Assembly: GCA_963785045.1 (NCBI GenBank) | Contig: CAWAUC010000028.1 | Span: forward strand, 4,367-68,366 | Direction: 5' to 3' | Length of the DNA stretch: 64,000 nucleotides | Source of the DNA: an uncultured delta proteobacterium | Lineage (GTDB): Bacteria > Desulfobacterota > Desulfobacteria > Desulfobacterales > SpSt-501 | The notes under the pieces: generated by a model | Database searches by the model: none | What the model was told of the DNA's origin: nothing | Seen by the model: only the letters and a program-made list of their open reading frames with translations | In this document: positions 18,506 to 27,705 of the stretch, one piece after another | Numbering within the stretch: the stretch's first letter is position 1 | Layout of the letters: every line of letters begins with the position of its first letter | Program-made: the position numbers and the translations under genes

Positions 18506-20342
18506 GCGATACTCCTCATTAGGGTTTCGAAAGGTTCGGTGGCTTGTTTCAGCACAAATCCAATTCCCTTGGTCAGCGCTTTTGCAAGATGGTCGTTGCT
18601 GAGGGACAGGCGATCCCATCTAATCGCCGTAGAAATCACTCCACGGGATTGTCTGCCAAGCAGGCGCGCCTCGGCGTTTTCTTGCCGGCGGCAGCCAGCG
18701 GAAGTCACGACGGGCATGGCCCTCTCCGCGGTGGCCTTCTGGTGGGCACGGCTATTCCAGTCGTACAGAAAGATCTTCTCGAAGTACTGCGCGATGCCGG
18801 GATGGTACATGATCAAGCCGGCGTCGCGATTGAACTGCACGCCGTCGCCGGACCAGTTCTGGCTGCTGACGACCACGACCTTCGAGTCGACAATGATGCC
18901 CTTGTTGTGGCAGCCCTTGAGCAGCTTGATCTTGTCCGTATCGAATCCTTTGTTCTTCAGTGCTTCAAGCATCTTGCGTGTGTCGCCGTCGCGCAAAATG
19001 ATCTTAACGTCCACGCCGTGCTTGATGCGGTCGACCATGGCGTCCACCAGTTTGTCGAGCACGCCGCCGTTGGGACCGTAGTTGATGTACTGGTTCTGGA
19101 AGAACAGAGTTTTCTTGGCCGACTTCACCAGCGGGATGATGAAGTCGCCGTAGTTGTCGGGCGTCAAGAGCGGCTGGATGCGTACCTTGGCCGCCTTGAG
19201 CACAAGCGGCGCAAAGATCTGCACCGGCGTCGGCGCCGCCCGCGTCACCGCCATGGGGCTCCGGCGGCAGGAGCAAGTCGGGTTCCGTCGGCTGCAGGGG
19301 CGGCCCGCCGCGCTTCTGCACGCGCGCTGCCTCGGTCATGTCCCATTGGATGTACTTCTCAAACATCTTTGCCAGGTCCGGATGCTCCACGATCACGTGC
19401 CATTCGCGGTTGTGCTCGGCGAGCAGCTTGCGCTGCTTGTTCACGCTCAGCTTCGAGGCGTCGGCGTCGGGCTGGTTAGAGCCTTGCCAGTTGCCACTGG
19501 AGATCCAGAAGGCCTTGCTGTCGCGGACGGCGACCTTGATGTGGTAGGCATTGGGGTACAGGTTGCCGACGGCGGCCTTGGCAATCTCGCAGCGTTTCTT
19601 GAAAGCCGCTTCCAGATCGGCCATGATGTCCGCCTCCGTCATCTCGCCGGCCCGGGCGGTCGAAGCCTTGGGGTCATAGCAAATATCGAGCTCGCCTTGG
19701 GCTGCGTCCATGGCGTCCTTGAGGGCGCTGTAAATGTGCGTGGCGGTGAAGTCGTACATCGCAAAGGTGAAGTGATTCTTGATGCCGTCAATGAACTCGT
19801 ACAACTTCGGCCAGCCGGCATCGGGACTTGCGTGGCAGATCAGGTTGACCGTGTCGTTGACCTCCTTGAGTTGCAATTTCGGCGGCTTGCGGTAGTTCTT
19901 GTTGTTGGCGCCGACTCCACGCACGGCGCCACGCGTCGTGGGGACCCTCCGCGTGAGCGACGCCGGGCAGGTAAAACTCCGGTACCGGCGGAGCGGCTGG
20001 AGCGCCACGCGTCCTGCGGGCCAGGTGTCGCAGTTGCTCTGCGGGGGTCGCCGGGGCGATGTCCGTTGGGATGCCGTCGATCTCGGCCGGGATGCGTTCC
20101 TTGGGCTTGAGCTCGCCCGGCGACAGCTTGCGCAGCACGGTCACGACAATCGCGGGCTGGTCGGTGATCCAGCCGCCGGTGAACTTGAAGCCCGGCCGGA
20201 TCTCGATCACGTTGGGCATCGCCAGCAACTTCTTGCCGTGCCGGGTGATCGCGGAGCGCACGCCGGCAAATGCCACCTTGGCGGCGGGATGCTGATCGAA
20301 ATGCGATGAATGAGGATGCGCGGGTTTCTTTGCTTTGGCCAT
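18415..20342 (-). pseudogene. Phospholipase-D superfamily protein with two HKD motifs, reading frame broken twice (near 19960 and 19255)
   Basis: Three overlapping ORFs in three frames form one protein. The first is 20342.. (MAKAKKPAHPHSS..., RBS ggagaaatcATG). The second is the 19004..20008 frame (..LICHASPDAGWPKLYEF..YHIKVAVRDSKAFWISSGNWQGSN, HKD-1). The third is the 18415..19254 frame (..GCHNKGIIVDSKVVVVSSQNWSGDG, HKD-2). Sequences turn Arg/Ala-rich nonsense after each junction. Confidence 0.55.
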
Positions 20343-20565
20343 GATTTCTCCGTGGGGGAGCGTGGCACACGATTCCACTTGTGTGGCTTGCACCCTGTGC
20401 GGGTTTTTAGGCTCAGGCTTGCCAGTGCGAACTCACCGCGGTTGCACCCAAAAACCTCCAGAATTGCTTGATGAAGCTCTTAACGATTGCCCATCGTTCA
20501 TCATCAAGTCGGTCCGTGGCGCTGCCCTTCGTTGATCGTGATCGTTCTTCCCTTTGCCTTGGCCA

Positions 20566-21435
20566 TTATTGGAGCAGGAGTCGGCTGATCTTTACCCCCT
20601 TTTTACCACGGGAGCTCGCCGCCCTGCTCTTGCGTGTAGTTCGTGAGCCTCGGCCGGGAGGCGGCGGGAACGTCACTTGACCCACGAAAGTGCTGCGGTA
20701 GGCGGCAAGACGCTGTGCAATCGCGGCGCGCTGATCGGCCAGGGCTGCCTCATAGATCGTGGCTTTGCCGGCGGCGTACTTGAGGCTCGTAGAGCTCGAC
20801 GAGAACTTGAAGAACAAAACCTGGGTCAGCTTTGTTTTCGCTTTCAGCTGGAAGCCGATCAATGCGGTTTGCAGGAGCCCGTTCGCGTCGAGCTGGGCCG
20901 TCGCAACCTGGAAGCGAGCATACTTTTCGACCCTGCTCTGCTTTTCGAAAAGTGTGATCATGGGGCTGTTCTCGTTCATCGATTGCAGTGCCTCAAGCGC
21001 GGTCTTTATAACCACCAATACAGCGGCCTGCGGCCCCAACAGAACAGACAAGACTTGAAGAATGACCTTGTTCGTCTCTACATTCACGGTATTGAACTTG
21101 TAATCCTGGAACTGGGTGTCGCTCTGTGCCCATCCGAGCGCCGTGAGGGTTCTAAAATAGGCGTCATACCATTCCCTGACGTTCTCCGGGCTTGTTACAG
21201 CCCCACTGCTTGCAAGCTGAGCAAATAGCGTGCAGTTGATGAGGTCCTCGCGTGTCTGGACCGGCACATTCTCAGAGGCGATAATGAGGCCGGAGCCAAC
21301 AACGAGCGATTGAGCTTCGTTGGCCTTTAGTTCAACAGAAGGCAGGTCAGTCAATGCACGCCTAAGACGAGGAGCGGCGGGAAGCTTGACTTCCTGGATG
21401 AACTGACGGGTAAGGTCGGGGGTAATGACAGTCAT
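20566..21435 (-). CDS. Hypothetical cytoplasmic protein (289 aa), first gene of the pair with the PLD gene
   Basis: Intact ORF (MTVITPDLTRQFIQEVKLPAAP...) with no TM segment and no motif I can name. It sits 220 nt upstream of the PLD start on the same strand. Confidence 0.5.
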   Translation of the reverse strand: MTVITPDLTRQFIQEVKLPAAPRLRRALTDLPSVELKANEAQSLVVGSGLIIASENVPVQTREDLINCTLFAQLASSGAVTSPENVREWYDAYFRTLTALGWAQSDTQFQDYKFNTVNVETNKVILQVLSVLLGPQAAVLVVIKTALEALQSMNENSPMITLFEKQSRVEKYARFQVATAQLDANGLLQTALIGFQLKAKTKLTQVLFFKFSSSSTSLKYAAGKATIYEAALADQRAAIAQRLAAYRSTFVGQVTFPPPPGRGSRTTRKSRAASSRGKKGVKISRLLLQ

Positions 21436-21827
21436 CGCTCATCTCCTTTCTGGGTCTCTGTAAAAAATTATTGCAGGTGGTGCCGAATTGAAGGACTGAG
21501 ACAAAAGAAGAACTCCGAACTGCCGCCCAAGTGTTAACTGATTTTTCGGTCCGGCAAAAATTGGAATGAACTGCATGATTTAACACTAATATATTGCAAC
21601 AAATTTGAGAAAATCAATTTAACTTTATCCCGGGTTCGACCGTCATAGTTACACGAAAACGGGAAAACAACAACATATCAGCAGGATACAGACTGAATGA
21701 AATTCAGCGTAGTGCCTATGAAATTATGAGGCCAAATCGACCTTCAGGACGCATTTGGGAGTTCGGTTTCCACTTCGGCGATGCGGACCAGTAGAAGCGC
21801 CAGCCAGCAGATAAGAACCTGGGACCG

Positions 21828-22046
21828 GATAGGTGCTCGGTGAAGGCCTGGCACATCTGCAGCACGGTCATTTTGCTTGCCGAGAGGGAAAGCGCTGGAG
21901 TTGCTGCGCGCTTTTTCAACCGGTAATATTTTCTGCGCTCAATGACCGCCTCTTCGATTTCCACCCCGTAAGCCAGCCGGATCTCGTCGACCAACCTCAG
22001 CACAGTTTGTTTAGAGCACCCCAGCATCCGTGACAGGTCTGTCAAG
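21828..22046 (-). pseudogene. Fragment (HTH region only) of a WYL-type transcriptional regulator, paralogous to 62495..63589
   Basis: GLTDLSRMLGCSKQTVLRLVDEIRLAYGVEIEEAVIERRKYYRLKKRAATPALSLSASKMTVLQMCQAFTEHL aligns with SLTDLARMLGCSKQTVLRLVDDIRRAYGVEIEESIQGQRKYFKLKKRVATPVLSLSPSEITVLQMCKAFTEHL of the 62.5-kb gene. Similarity is lost on both sides. Confidence 0.7.
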
Positions 22047-22089
22047 CCTGATCCGATCGAAAGCCTCCCACGATACCGGAAGTTCAAAG

Positions 22090-22515
22090 CTACTTCCGCT
22101 CCCAAAGGGTGACTTTGGCCTTCTTTGCGGCGGCTCTCAAGGTCGCATCAAGGGTTGCCAGCGCTATCCCGTTTCGCATGGCCAGGTGCAGATAGGATGC
22201 ATCGTAGCTGGTGAGGCTGTATTGGCGGGCGATCGGCAAAATACCGGCCATCAGTCCCTCGGCGGGAGGCGGCAGTTCGACCTGGATGGGAAGCTGGCTC
22301 AGCAGGGCAATGAAGCGCAGGCTGTCTGCTTCGGTGAGACGCTTTCTGCGTTCCGCCGCAAGCAGCACATTGACCACTTCAAGAGGCCAAATGGGCGGCA
22401 CCGCGGCCGATGCCACGGAGAGGCTTTCAAGGACCCGATCGGCATAGGCGTTGGACTCGTCCCTGAAACACCAGGCCATCACCACGGAGTTGTCGACGAC
22501 GAATCGTTGGGCCAT
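22090..22515 (-). CDS. vapC: Type II toxin VapC (PIN-domain ribonuclease)
   Basis: 141 aa. FVVDNSVVMAWCF..E...A ... LTSYDASYLHLAMRNGIALATLD is the classic PIN acidic-residue pattern. It lies immediately downstream of the antitoxin gene. Confidence 0.85.
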   Translation of the reverse strand: MAQRFVVDNSVVMAWCFRDESNAYADRVLESLSVASAAVPPIWPLEVVNVLLAAERRKRLTEADSLRFIALLSQLPIQVELPPPAEGLMAGILPIARQYSLTSYDASYLHLAMRNGIALATLDATLRAAAKKAKVTLWERK

Positions 22516-22755
22516 TCAGCGCCGCCCCTCTTCGATCAACTCGCGGATGCTCACTTCCCCAAGACTGTGCTGTTCCCTGAACTCCCTTATTTCCGCAATC
22601 ACGGCGGAGGGATCGCTTTTTTCGGTGCTTTCAGGCTGCTGCAGAACGGCGATGGCCGTTCCATGCTTGGTGATGACGATTCGTTCCCCTTTGCTGATCT
22701 GGTCCAGCAACCGCGACAAATGCGTCTTGGCTTCATATGCCCCGACTGTCTTCAT
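22516..22755 (-). CDS. Type II antitoxin, Phd/YefM-like (VapB partner)
   Basis: 79 aa. MKTVGAYEAKTHLSRLLDQISKGERIVITKHGTAIAVLQ is a typical Phd/YefM N-terminal fold sequence. Confidence 0.8.
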   Translation of the reverse strand: MKTVGAYEAKTHLSRLLDQISKGERIVITKHGTAIAVLQQPESTEKSDPSAVIAEIREFREQHSLGEVSIRELIEEGRR

Positions 22756-22767
22756 GCAGCCACCTCA

Positions 22768-22792
22768 ATAGACTAGTTCGAGACTAGTCTAT
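22768..22792. promoter_or_regulatory. Candidate operator of the vapBC promoter (10-bp perfect inverted repeat)
   Basis: atagactagt (22768..22777) - tcgag - actagtctat (22783..22792), 13 nt upstream of the antitoxin start codon. Confidence 0.5.
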
Positions 22793-22844
22793 ACACATAT
22801 ATCGCTCCTGTCAAGCGGCGCGTCCTTGGTGTATCAAGGCTTCC

Positions 22845-23170
22845 TCACGAGGCGATCCGCAGGGTGTCTATAAGGGGCGTTTGATTGACGTAGGGAATGA
22901 TGAGCCGATAGCGTGCGCGGGTGATGCCGACGTAGACCAAGTTGAGGATCTGCTCCTCGGTCCGGCCCGTGGGCGTGAAGTAACCCAGGCCCGGCCAAAA
23001 GACGACCGCGTAGTTTATCCCTTTGGCGCTGGGGATGGTCGCGACGGAAACCCGGTCGGTGGTGTGATGTCGTAGGCTTTCCTGGACCGGTAGCTCTCCG
23101 ACATCAACTGGCTGAGAGGAGGCCTTCTGCCGAAAAGTTTGACCAAGGACGTGGTTGTGGAGAGCATATT
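22845..23170 (-). pseudogene. C-terminal remnant of a UvrD/PcrA-like (SF1) helicase
   Basis: Hand translation of the minus strand gives ...RHHTTDRVSVATIPSAKGINYAVVFWPGLGYFTPTGRTEEQILNLVYVGITRARYRLIIPYVNQTPLIDTLRIAS*. The SAKG..(F/V)V(F) and VYVGITRAR motifs are those of helicase motifs V-VI. There is no start codon and a stop lies about 105 codons upstream. Confidence 0.6.
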
Positions 23171-23499
23171 TTCAAAATCGGCCAAGCAGTCAGGCTGCCA
23201 TGTAGGGGCATTCCGGAGCGTTGGCCGAATTTCACAAAAGCGATCGCTCGAGCACGATCAGTTGCTCTATTCGATCCTGCAGATGGAAGTTTTTACCGAT
23301 CATTATCTATGTGGGATGTTCGGGCTGGGTGTCTCGGTGATGAACTGAAGAGCAGGGATTTTCAAAGCTCAATTTCAGCAACACAAATCACTGCAGCGCA
23401 AATTCGGCCATTAAAATTGACAATCTAGATTTGCAGCAAGATCCCCATATAATCAATAATCGATATTGGACCCCTTTCTTTTCTTCATGTTGGGGACAC

Positions 23500-24735
23500 T
23501 CAATTGGGTTTCCAGTGGTTAAATTCCCCGGGCAGGAGACTGATGATTTCGGGGCCGGACATGCTGTAGAGGTCGTAGGTCACATCCAATTGTTGGATGA
23601 CATCAACAAAGCGGTAAAGCGATCCTGGTGCGGTCTTATTCATTATTGGACCACGTTTGGGTTTATTCTGGAGATTGTCATAATAAAGAATATGCAACGC
23701 CTCCATTATTCCTCGATTTGTAATGAAGCTTTGTCGTGTGGCAATTTCATGATGAAAGTGGCTCTCAACTGATAGAGCTGTATGCAGGGGCAGTTTTGAT
23801 AATTCCTCTCCCCACCCATAAACGGTATAGACCAAATAGGCACCGGATATTAAATGCCGATGACCCGATCGATATCCAGGCTCAGGAATGTGTCGATAGT
23901 CTCTTCCTGGTTTGCGTCTTCCTTTATCATTGGCCGGGCACACCTGGTCGAAATAAAAAAGCGACATCCAGCTCCACAAATTGACGTCGTTTATAAGTTT
24001 GTCGGGCCGTTCGGGTAACTCTTCATTTGCTGAAAAGGCTTCGGTCGCGTTGTCGATCCAGATCTCTTGTTCCCCTTTTGAAGCAGGCGGATCGTCCATG
24101 CCGGGCAATTGGCGCGCAAGTTTTAGCCATAAACTGGGCCAGTCATCATCGCAATCCGGATCGGTGTGTTGATCTTCAACCAGGATGCGAGTCAGAATTT
24201 GCCGGAAAACCTCAGGATAAACCAAAGCGAAAAAGCGCTTGTCCGAGCTTGCCACCAGGCTGATCTCGTCCACCTTTTGGTTCAATTTCAAAACCGGCCA
24301 ATCCCCTTCAAGATCGAGCTGCCATATCTTATTCCCCAGGTCCTCATATTCGACAAACAGGAGCGAGTGGCTGCCGGCCGGCTCGCTGTCAACGCTTTCC
24401 GGCCGAATCCTGTCAAGCGCAGCCAGAATGCGTCCATGCGCCGAGGTCCGGTCCACCACTTTGACCCGGAAAAGCGGGGTGGTTTTATCCGAAAAGCGGT
24501 TCAGCCGACGGTCATCCGGCCTTTTCTGATTGGACAGGCTTCCAAAATCATACCGCTGGTATGCCGTTCGGTGGTAGGCCTCAGCGTAAATGCGGGCGTT
24601 CGACGGGAGTTTGAGATCGGAAATATCGGCATGAAGGTTGAAATATCTCCAGCCTTCAGCATCGCGCAGAATATCCACACGGACATTCGTCCGTTTAATC
24701 TTTTTGCGGCCTGTAAAGTTGATTTTTCGGATCAT
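23500..24735 (-). CDS. Hypothetical protein (411 aa), partner of the upstream GHKL ATPase
   Basis: Intact ORF starting 9 nt after the ATPase stop (MIRKINFTGRKKIKRTNVRVDILRDAEGWRYFNL...). No recognisable catalytic motif. Confidence 0.5.
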   Translation of the reverse strand: MIRKINFTGRKKIKRTNVRVDILRDAEGWRYFNLHADISDLKLPSNARIYAEAYHRTAYQRYDFGSLSNQKRPDDRRLNRFSDKTTPLFRVKVVDRTSAHGRILAALDRIRPESVDSEPAGSHSLLFVEYEDLGNKIWQLDLEGDWPVLKLNQKVDEISLVASSDKRFFALVYPEVFRQILTRILVEDQHTDPDCDDDWPSLWLKLARQLPGMDDPPASKGEQEIWIDNATEAFSANEELPERPDKLINDVNLWSWMSLFYFDQVCPANDKGRRKPGRDYRHIPEPGYRSGHRHLISGAYLVYTVYGWGEELSKLPLHTALSVESHFHHEIATRQSFITNRGIMEALHILYYDNLQNKPKRGPIMNKTAPGSLYRFVDVIQQLDVTYDLYSMSGPEIISLLPGEFNHWKPN

Positions 24736-24743
24736 GACCTTTT

Positions 24744-26402
24744 CTACGGATGAGTTCTCACGCGCAGGTCGCGGTGGGTATCAAAACCCGTCACCTTCAC
24801 TTTGAAATCGCTTCGGATCACCTCGAATTGGATCGCGTTTTCTTTGGCGAGCATGAGCTTGACGCCATCAGCCTTAACCTGAATTGGTTCTTGGCTCACA
24901 TCGAAATCAAGAGAAGTGTATTTCTTAAAGGGGTTACCGCTGCGGACCTCATAGGCAATCCAGAGGGTTATAAAGCGTGGGACCTGAGTTGCCTTTGTGC
25001 GCCGACTCAGCCGGAAACCGCCCTTAATCGCGCTCAACTGCAGATAGCTGCCGGGCTCAAGCTCGATGATATCTCCGCCCCCGGGCGGCGTATTCTCTTT
25101 CCCGGATTTGTCTTGGCCCGGCTTTTCAGCGCTCCCGATCGGTTCAAGCGGCATTGAAAAAATATGCTTCAGCAGGTTCTCGTCGCGGCCTTTTTGGGGT
25201 TGGGTCAGAATTTTGACCAGCTCCCGGGGACTGGACTTGACGAAGTCCAGCGTGGCCGGGCCCAGCTTGTACTTGCTTTTAAACTTTTTCGAATTGCGTT
25301 CCCATTGCGTGTGGGCGGGGTTTTCCGCATCGCCCAAGAATGCGGAAAGATCGCTGTCTGAAATGGAAACGATCACGCGGATTCCCTTGTGCTTGAGAGA
25401 GGCGACCTCAGGGATGGTAATCCCCTGCCGGATAAAATGGTCTTCCGGCTTGTCCAGTTTTTCATCACGTTCGAGGAATACGGAAAAACCGGTGTGGAAA
25501 AGCTTGTCTCCGGGCTGCCTTAAAACCGCTACCGGAACGTAGAAGGCCAGCCGGATGCTTTCGGGAAAATCCCGACGAATCGAATCGAGCTGCCCGGCGC
25601 CGAACAGGTCCTCGGTGAGCTTGGGACGTTTTCCAGGCTGGGGTTCCTGCAGTTGAATGAACGTTTCTTTCGGTTGTTGAATGGCCCAGCGCGCCAGATC
25701 CATCAATCCGGGAAGCCCTTGTTTTTCCGCCCACTGGGATTTCTTGAGATAGTCGTCCAGGTTCAATGCATCCAGACGGATTTTTTTGCCGTCGAACCTG
25801 AACTCCACGTTGAGCCGTCCGGCCAAAATCGGAAAAAAATAATGCCGGATAACCGAGTTGGCGCAGCCTCTGAGGTTTATTTCCTTGTCCGGGTAAGGGA
25901 TTATCACGGAGAGGCCGGGCTTGCCGGTTCGGTCTAATGCAAAATACCTTGAAAACATTTCATGGTAGCTCGGATCTTCGACCGGCAAAGCGAGATGCCC
26001 GCTGAAGAGCCCGAAATACCCATATGGTGCGTAGCGGAAACCGTCTACTTTATGGATTTTGAGAACAGATTGCCCCATCAAGTAGGCCCGGCCGTCATCC
26101 TTGCGGAAGGTAAGGCCGAAAAAGGTGTTGATACGGGAGGCCGCCTGGAAGACGGTCTTGCCCAGACCCCAACGCCCCAGGTCGGTGAGCTCTTTTTTCG
26201 TGCGGCCGATGTTGCGCCAGAAATAAAAAAAGTCGTTCTTTTTGACGTCATCATCCAGGTCATCGTACTGCAGTATATCTCCTTGAAGACCTCGCGTGCC
26301 GTAATCCTCTATCACGATGAAACTTAGTGGCTCGACCACCCGCAGCATCGATTCGAGATCGCCTTGGCAGTCGACTCTATTTCCACTTCCGACCCTCACC
26401 AA
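24744..26402 (-). pseudogene. GHKL (HATPase_c/paraMORC-like) ATPase, 5'-truncated by a repeat element
   Basis: The G1 box IVIEDYGTRGL and G2 box GRWGLGKTVF are present, but the N-box region is missing. The first ~21 codons of the ORF (MVRVGSGNRVDCQGDLESMLR) are encoded by the dispersed repeat (26337..26402). Genuine ATPase sequence therefore starts at about VEPLSF. Confidence 0.6.
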
Positions 26403-26460
26403 TAATCTTTATAACCTAACGGCGTCCCTTTTATTTCCAAAACTTATTTTCTTACCAGCG
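26337..26460 (-). repeat. Dispersed repeat copy E (upstream-flank part only; same subfamily as copy D)
   Basis: cacccgcagcatcgattcgagatcgccttggcagtcgactctatttccacttccgaccctcacc..ctttataacctaacggcgtcccttttatttcc..cttaccagcg aligns with 42160..42282. Confidence 0.75.
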
Positions 26461-26896
26461 TCCGCCATCCCCTGTCCCCCATCGCCGTGGTAAAGATCGC
26501 TGCCAAGATGTTGGTGGTTGCCTAGACGTTGATGAAGCGAAAGGAGCCCTTTAACCCCGCCCACATTCAAGCTTAGAACGGTGTTACCCTCTTCGGCGAG
26601 AGAGCCCGAGCAACAACGTAGAGCCAAACGACCTCTGGAGGGATCCGCCGCAGGCGGACCGAGCCCAAAGCTTGGATAAAGGATGATGGGCACTCCTGGC
26701 GGCCACCGCATGGAGATGCCGGATAATCGTAACGATCAAGCGAGGGCTCATCTTCAGGCAAGAGAATCCGCCGAAGAAAAGATCTGAAAATGTGCAGGTG
26801 GAGTGTTGCTAAAAATCGGTGAAATCCTCAACCCTTCGTAATCATGCACTAATAAAATAGGCTTGACAGGAGCAGGGTCAGGTGCGCCGCGCAAAC

Positions 26897-27196
26897 CTAC
26901 GGCCGCCTCCGCCGCCTTCGGACCTCTTCAGCGAAAACTTCGTAAATGTCCCTGCGGTGTCCGACGTAATGGATTTCAACCGTACGCGCGTTCTCATCGA
27001 TCCGATAAACAACCCGGTAGCGCTTGGCACGATGCGAAAGATATCCCGCCATGTCGCGCTCGAGACGTTTCCCGGTGTGGGGTTCCTGCGCCAGCAGTTC
27101 GATTGCCCGTTTCACAAGGGGTTTCAACGTCGGGGGCAGCCGGAGAATCTGACTGCGGCAAACGGCCGCATATACGAGCCTATAGGCACGTGTCAC
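26897..27196 (-). CDS. Type II toxin, RelE/ParE family
   Basis: 99 aa. ...LRLPPTLKPLVKRAIELLAQEPHTGKRLERDMAGYLSHRAKRYRVVYRIDENARTVEIHYVGHRRDIY is the canonical RelE/ParE pattern. It overlaps the antitoxin gene by 4 nt. Confidence 0.8.
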   Translation of the reverse strand: MTRAYRLVYAAVCRSQILRLPPTLKPLVKRAIELLAQEPHTGKRLERDMAGYLSHRAKRYRVVYRIDENARTVEIHYVGHRRDIYEVFAEEVRRRRRRP

Positions 27197-27477
27197 GGCT
27201 CTGCCCAGGCCTCCTCGTGGGTCATGACCTTGCCGGCATTAAACTCCCGCGACGATCGGGCCAGGGCCCTGACGACGCTTTGATCGGCAAGGATCTCGAT
27301 GGTCTCCAGCAGAGACTCGTAGCGGTCCACCGACATCAACACCGACACCGGGACCCCGTTCTTGGTCACCGTGACGGTAATGTCCTCCTCGGCCATCTCC
27401 TTCACGATTTCGAGAAGCCCCTTCTTGGCCTGGGTCACCGGAATGATTTTCTGGGAGCCCGCCATATGAACCTCCAT
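27193..27477 (-). CDS. Type II antitoxin, Phd/YefM family
   Basis: IIPVTQAKKGLLEIVKEMAEEDITVTVTKNGVPVSVLMSVDRYESLLETIEIL. The start is possibly Met at 27465. Confidence 0.8.
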   Translation of the reverse strand: MEVHMAGSQKIIPVTQAKKGLLEIVKEMAEEDITVTVTKNGVPVSVLMSVDRYESLLETIEILADQSVVRALARSSREFNAGKVMTHEEAWAEP

Positions 27478-27705
27478 GAAATTTATATGGTCATAATAAT
27501 AGTTTCAACGGCCTCCTGTCAACTCTGACCTCCCTTTGCCAAAGGGATAAACCCTCCCGGCCTCCCTTTTTCAAAGGGAGGGGAAACCCCTGTGCGCTTG
27601 TCTCCTGACCGTTGTCGGACGCTATCTCGGGCACGCTGTCTCTTGACTGCCGGGTATCGCTGCCCAATTCTCTTATGAACTTCATATGAGAGGCAGGAGA
27701 ATTCC

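Noticed and set aside
18415-20393. Treating 19788..20393, 19004..20008 and 18415..19254 as three independent overlapping genes.
   Set aside because: The overlaps are 220 and 250 nt. Each ORF turns into low-complexity sequence right after the point where the next frame picks up PLD-like sequence. Together they give the N-domain + HKD-1 + HKD-2 order of one PLD protein.
22030-22776. 248-aa + strand ORF.
   Set aside because: It is antisense to the well-supported vapC and Phd-like antitoxin genes and has no motifs.
26461-26896. Non-coding stretch with several hairpins (e.g. tccgcc-gca-ggcgga near 26645) between repeat copy E and the RelE gene. It was considered as a structured ncRNA (RNase P, tmRNA, SRP, 6S, group II intron domain V, retron msr).
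   Set aside because: I could find none of the conserved core sequences of those RNAs, and there is no RT or partner gene nearby. It is probably the remnant of the region upstream of the truncated GHKL gene. A covariance-model scan (Rfam/Infernal) would settle it.
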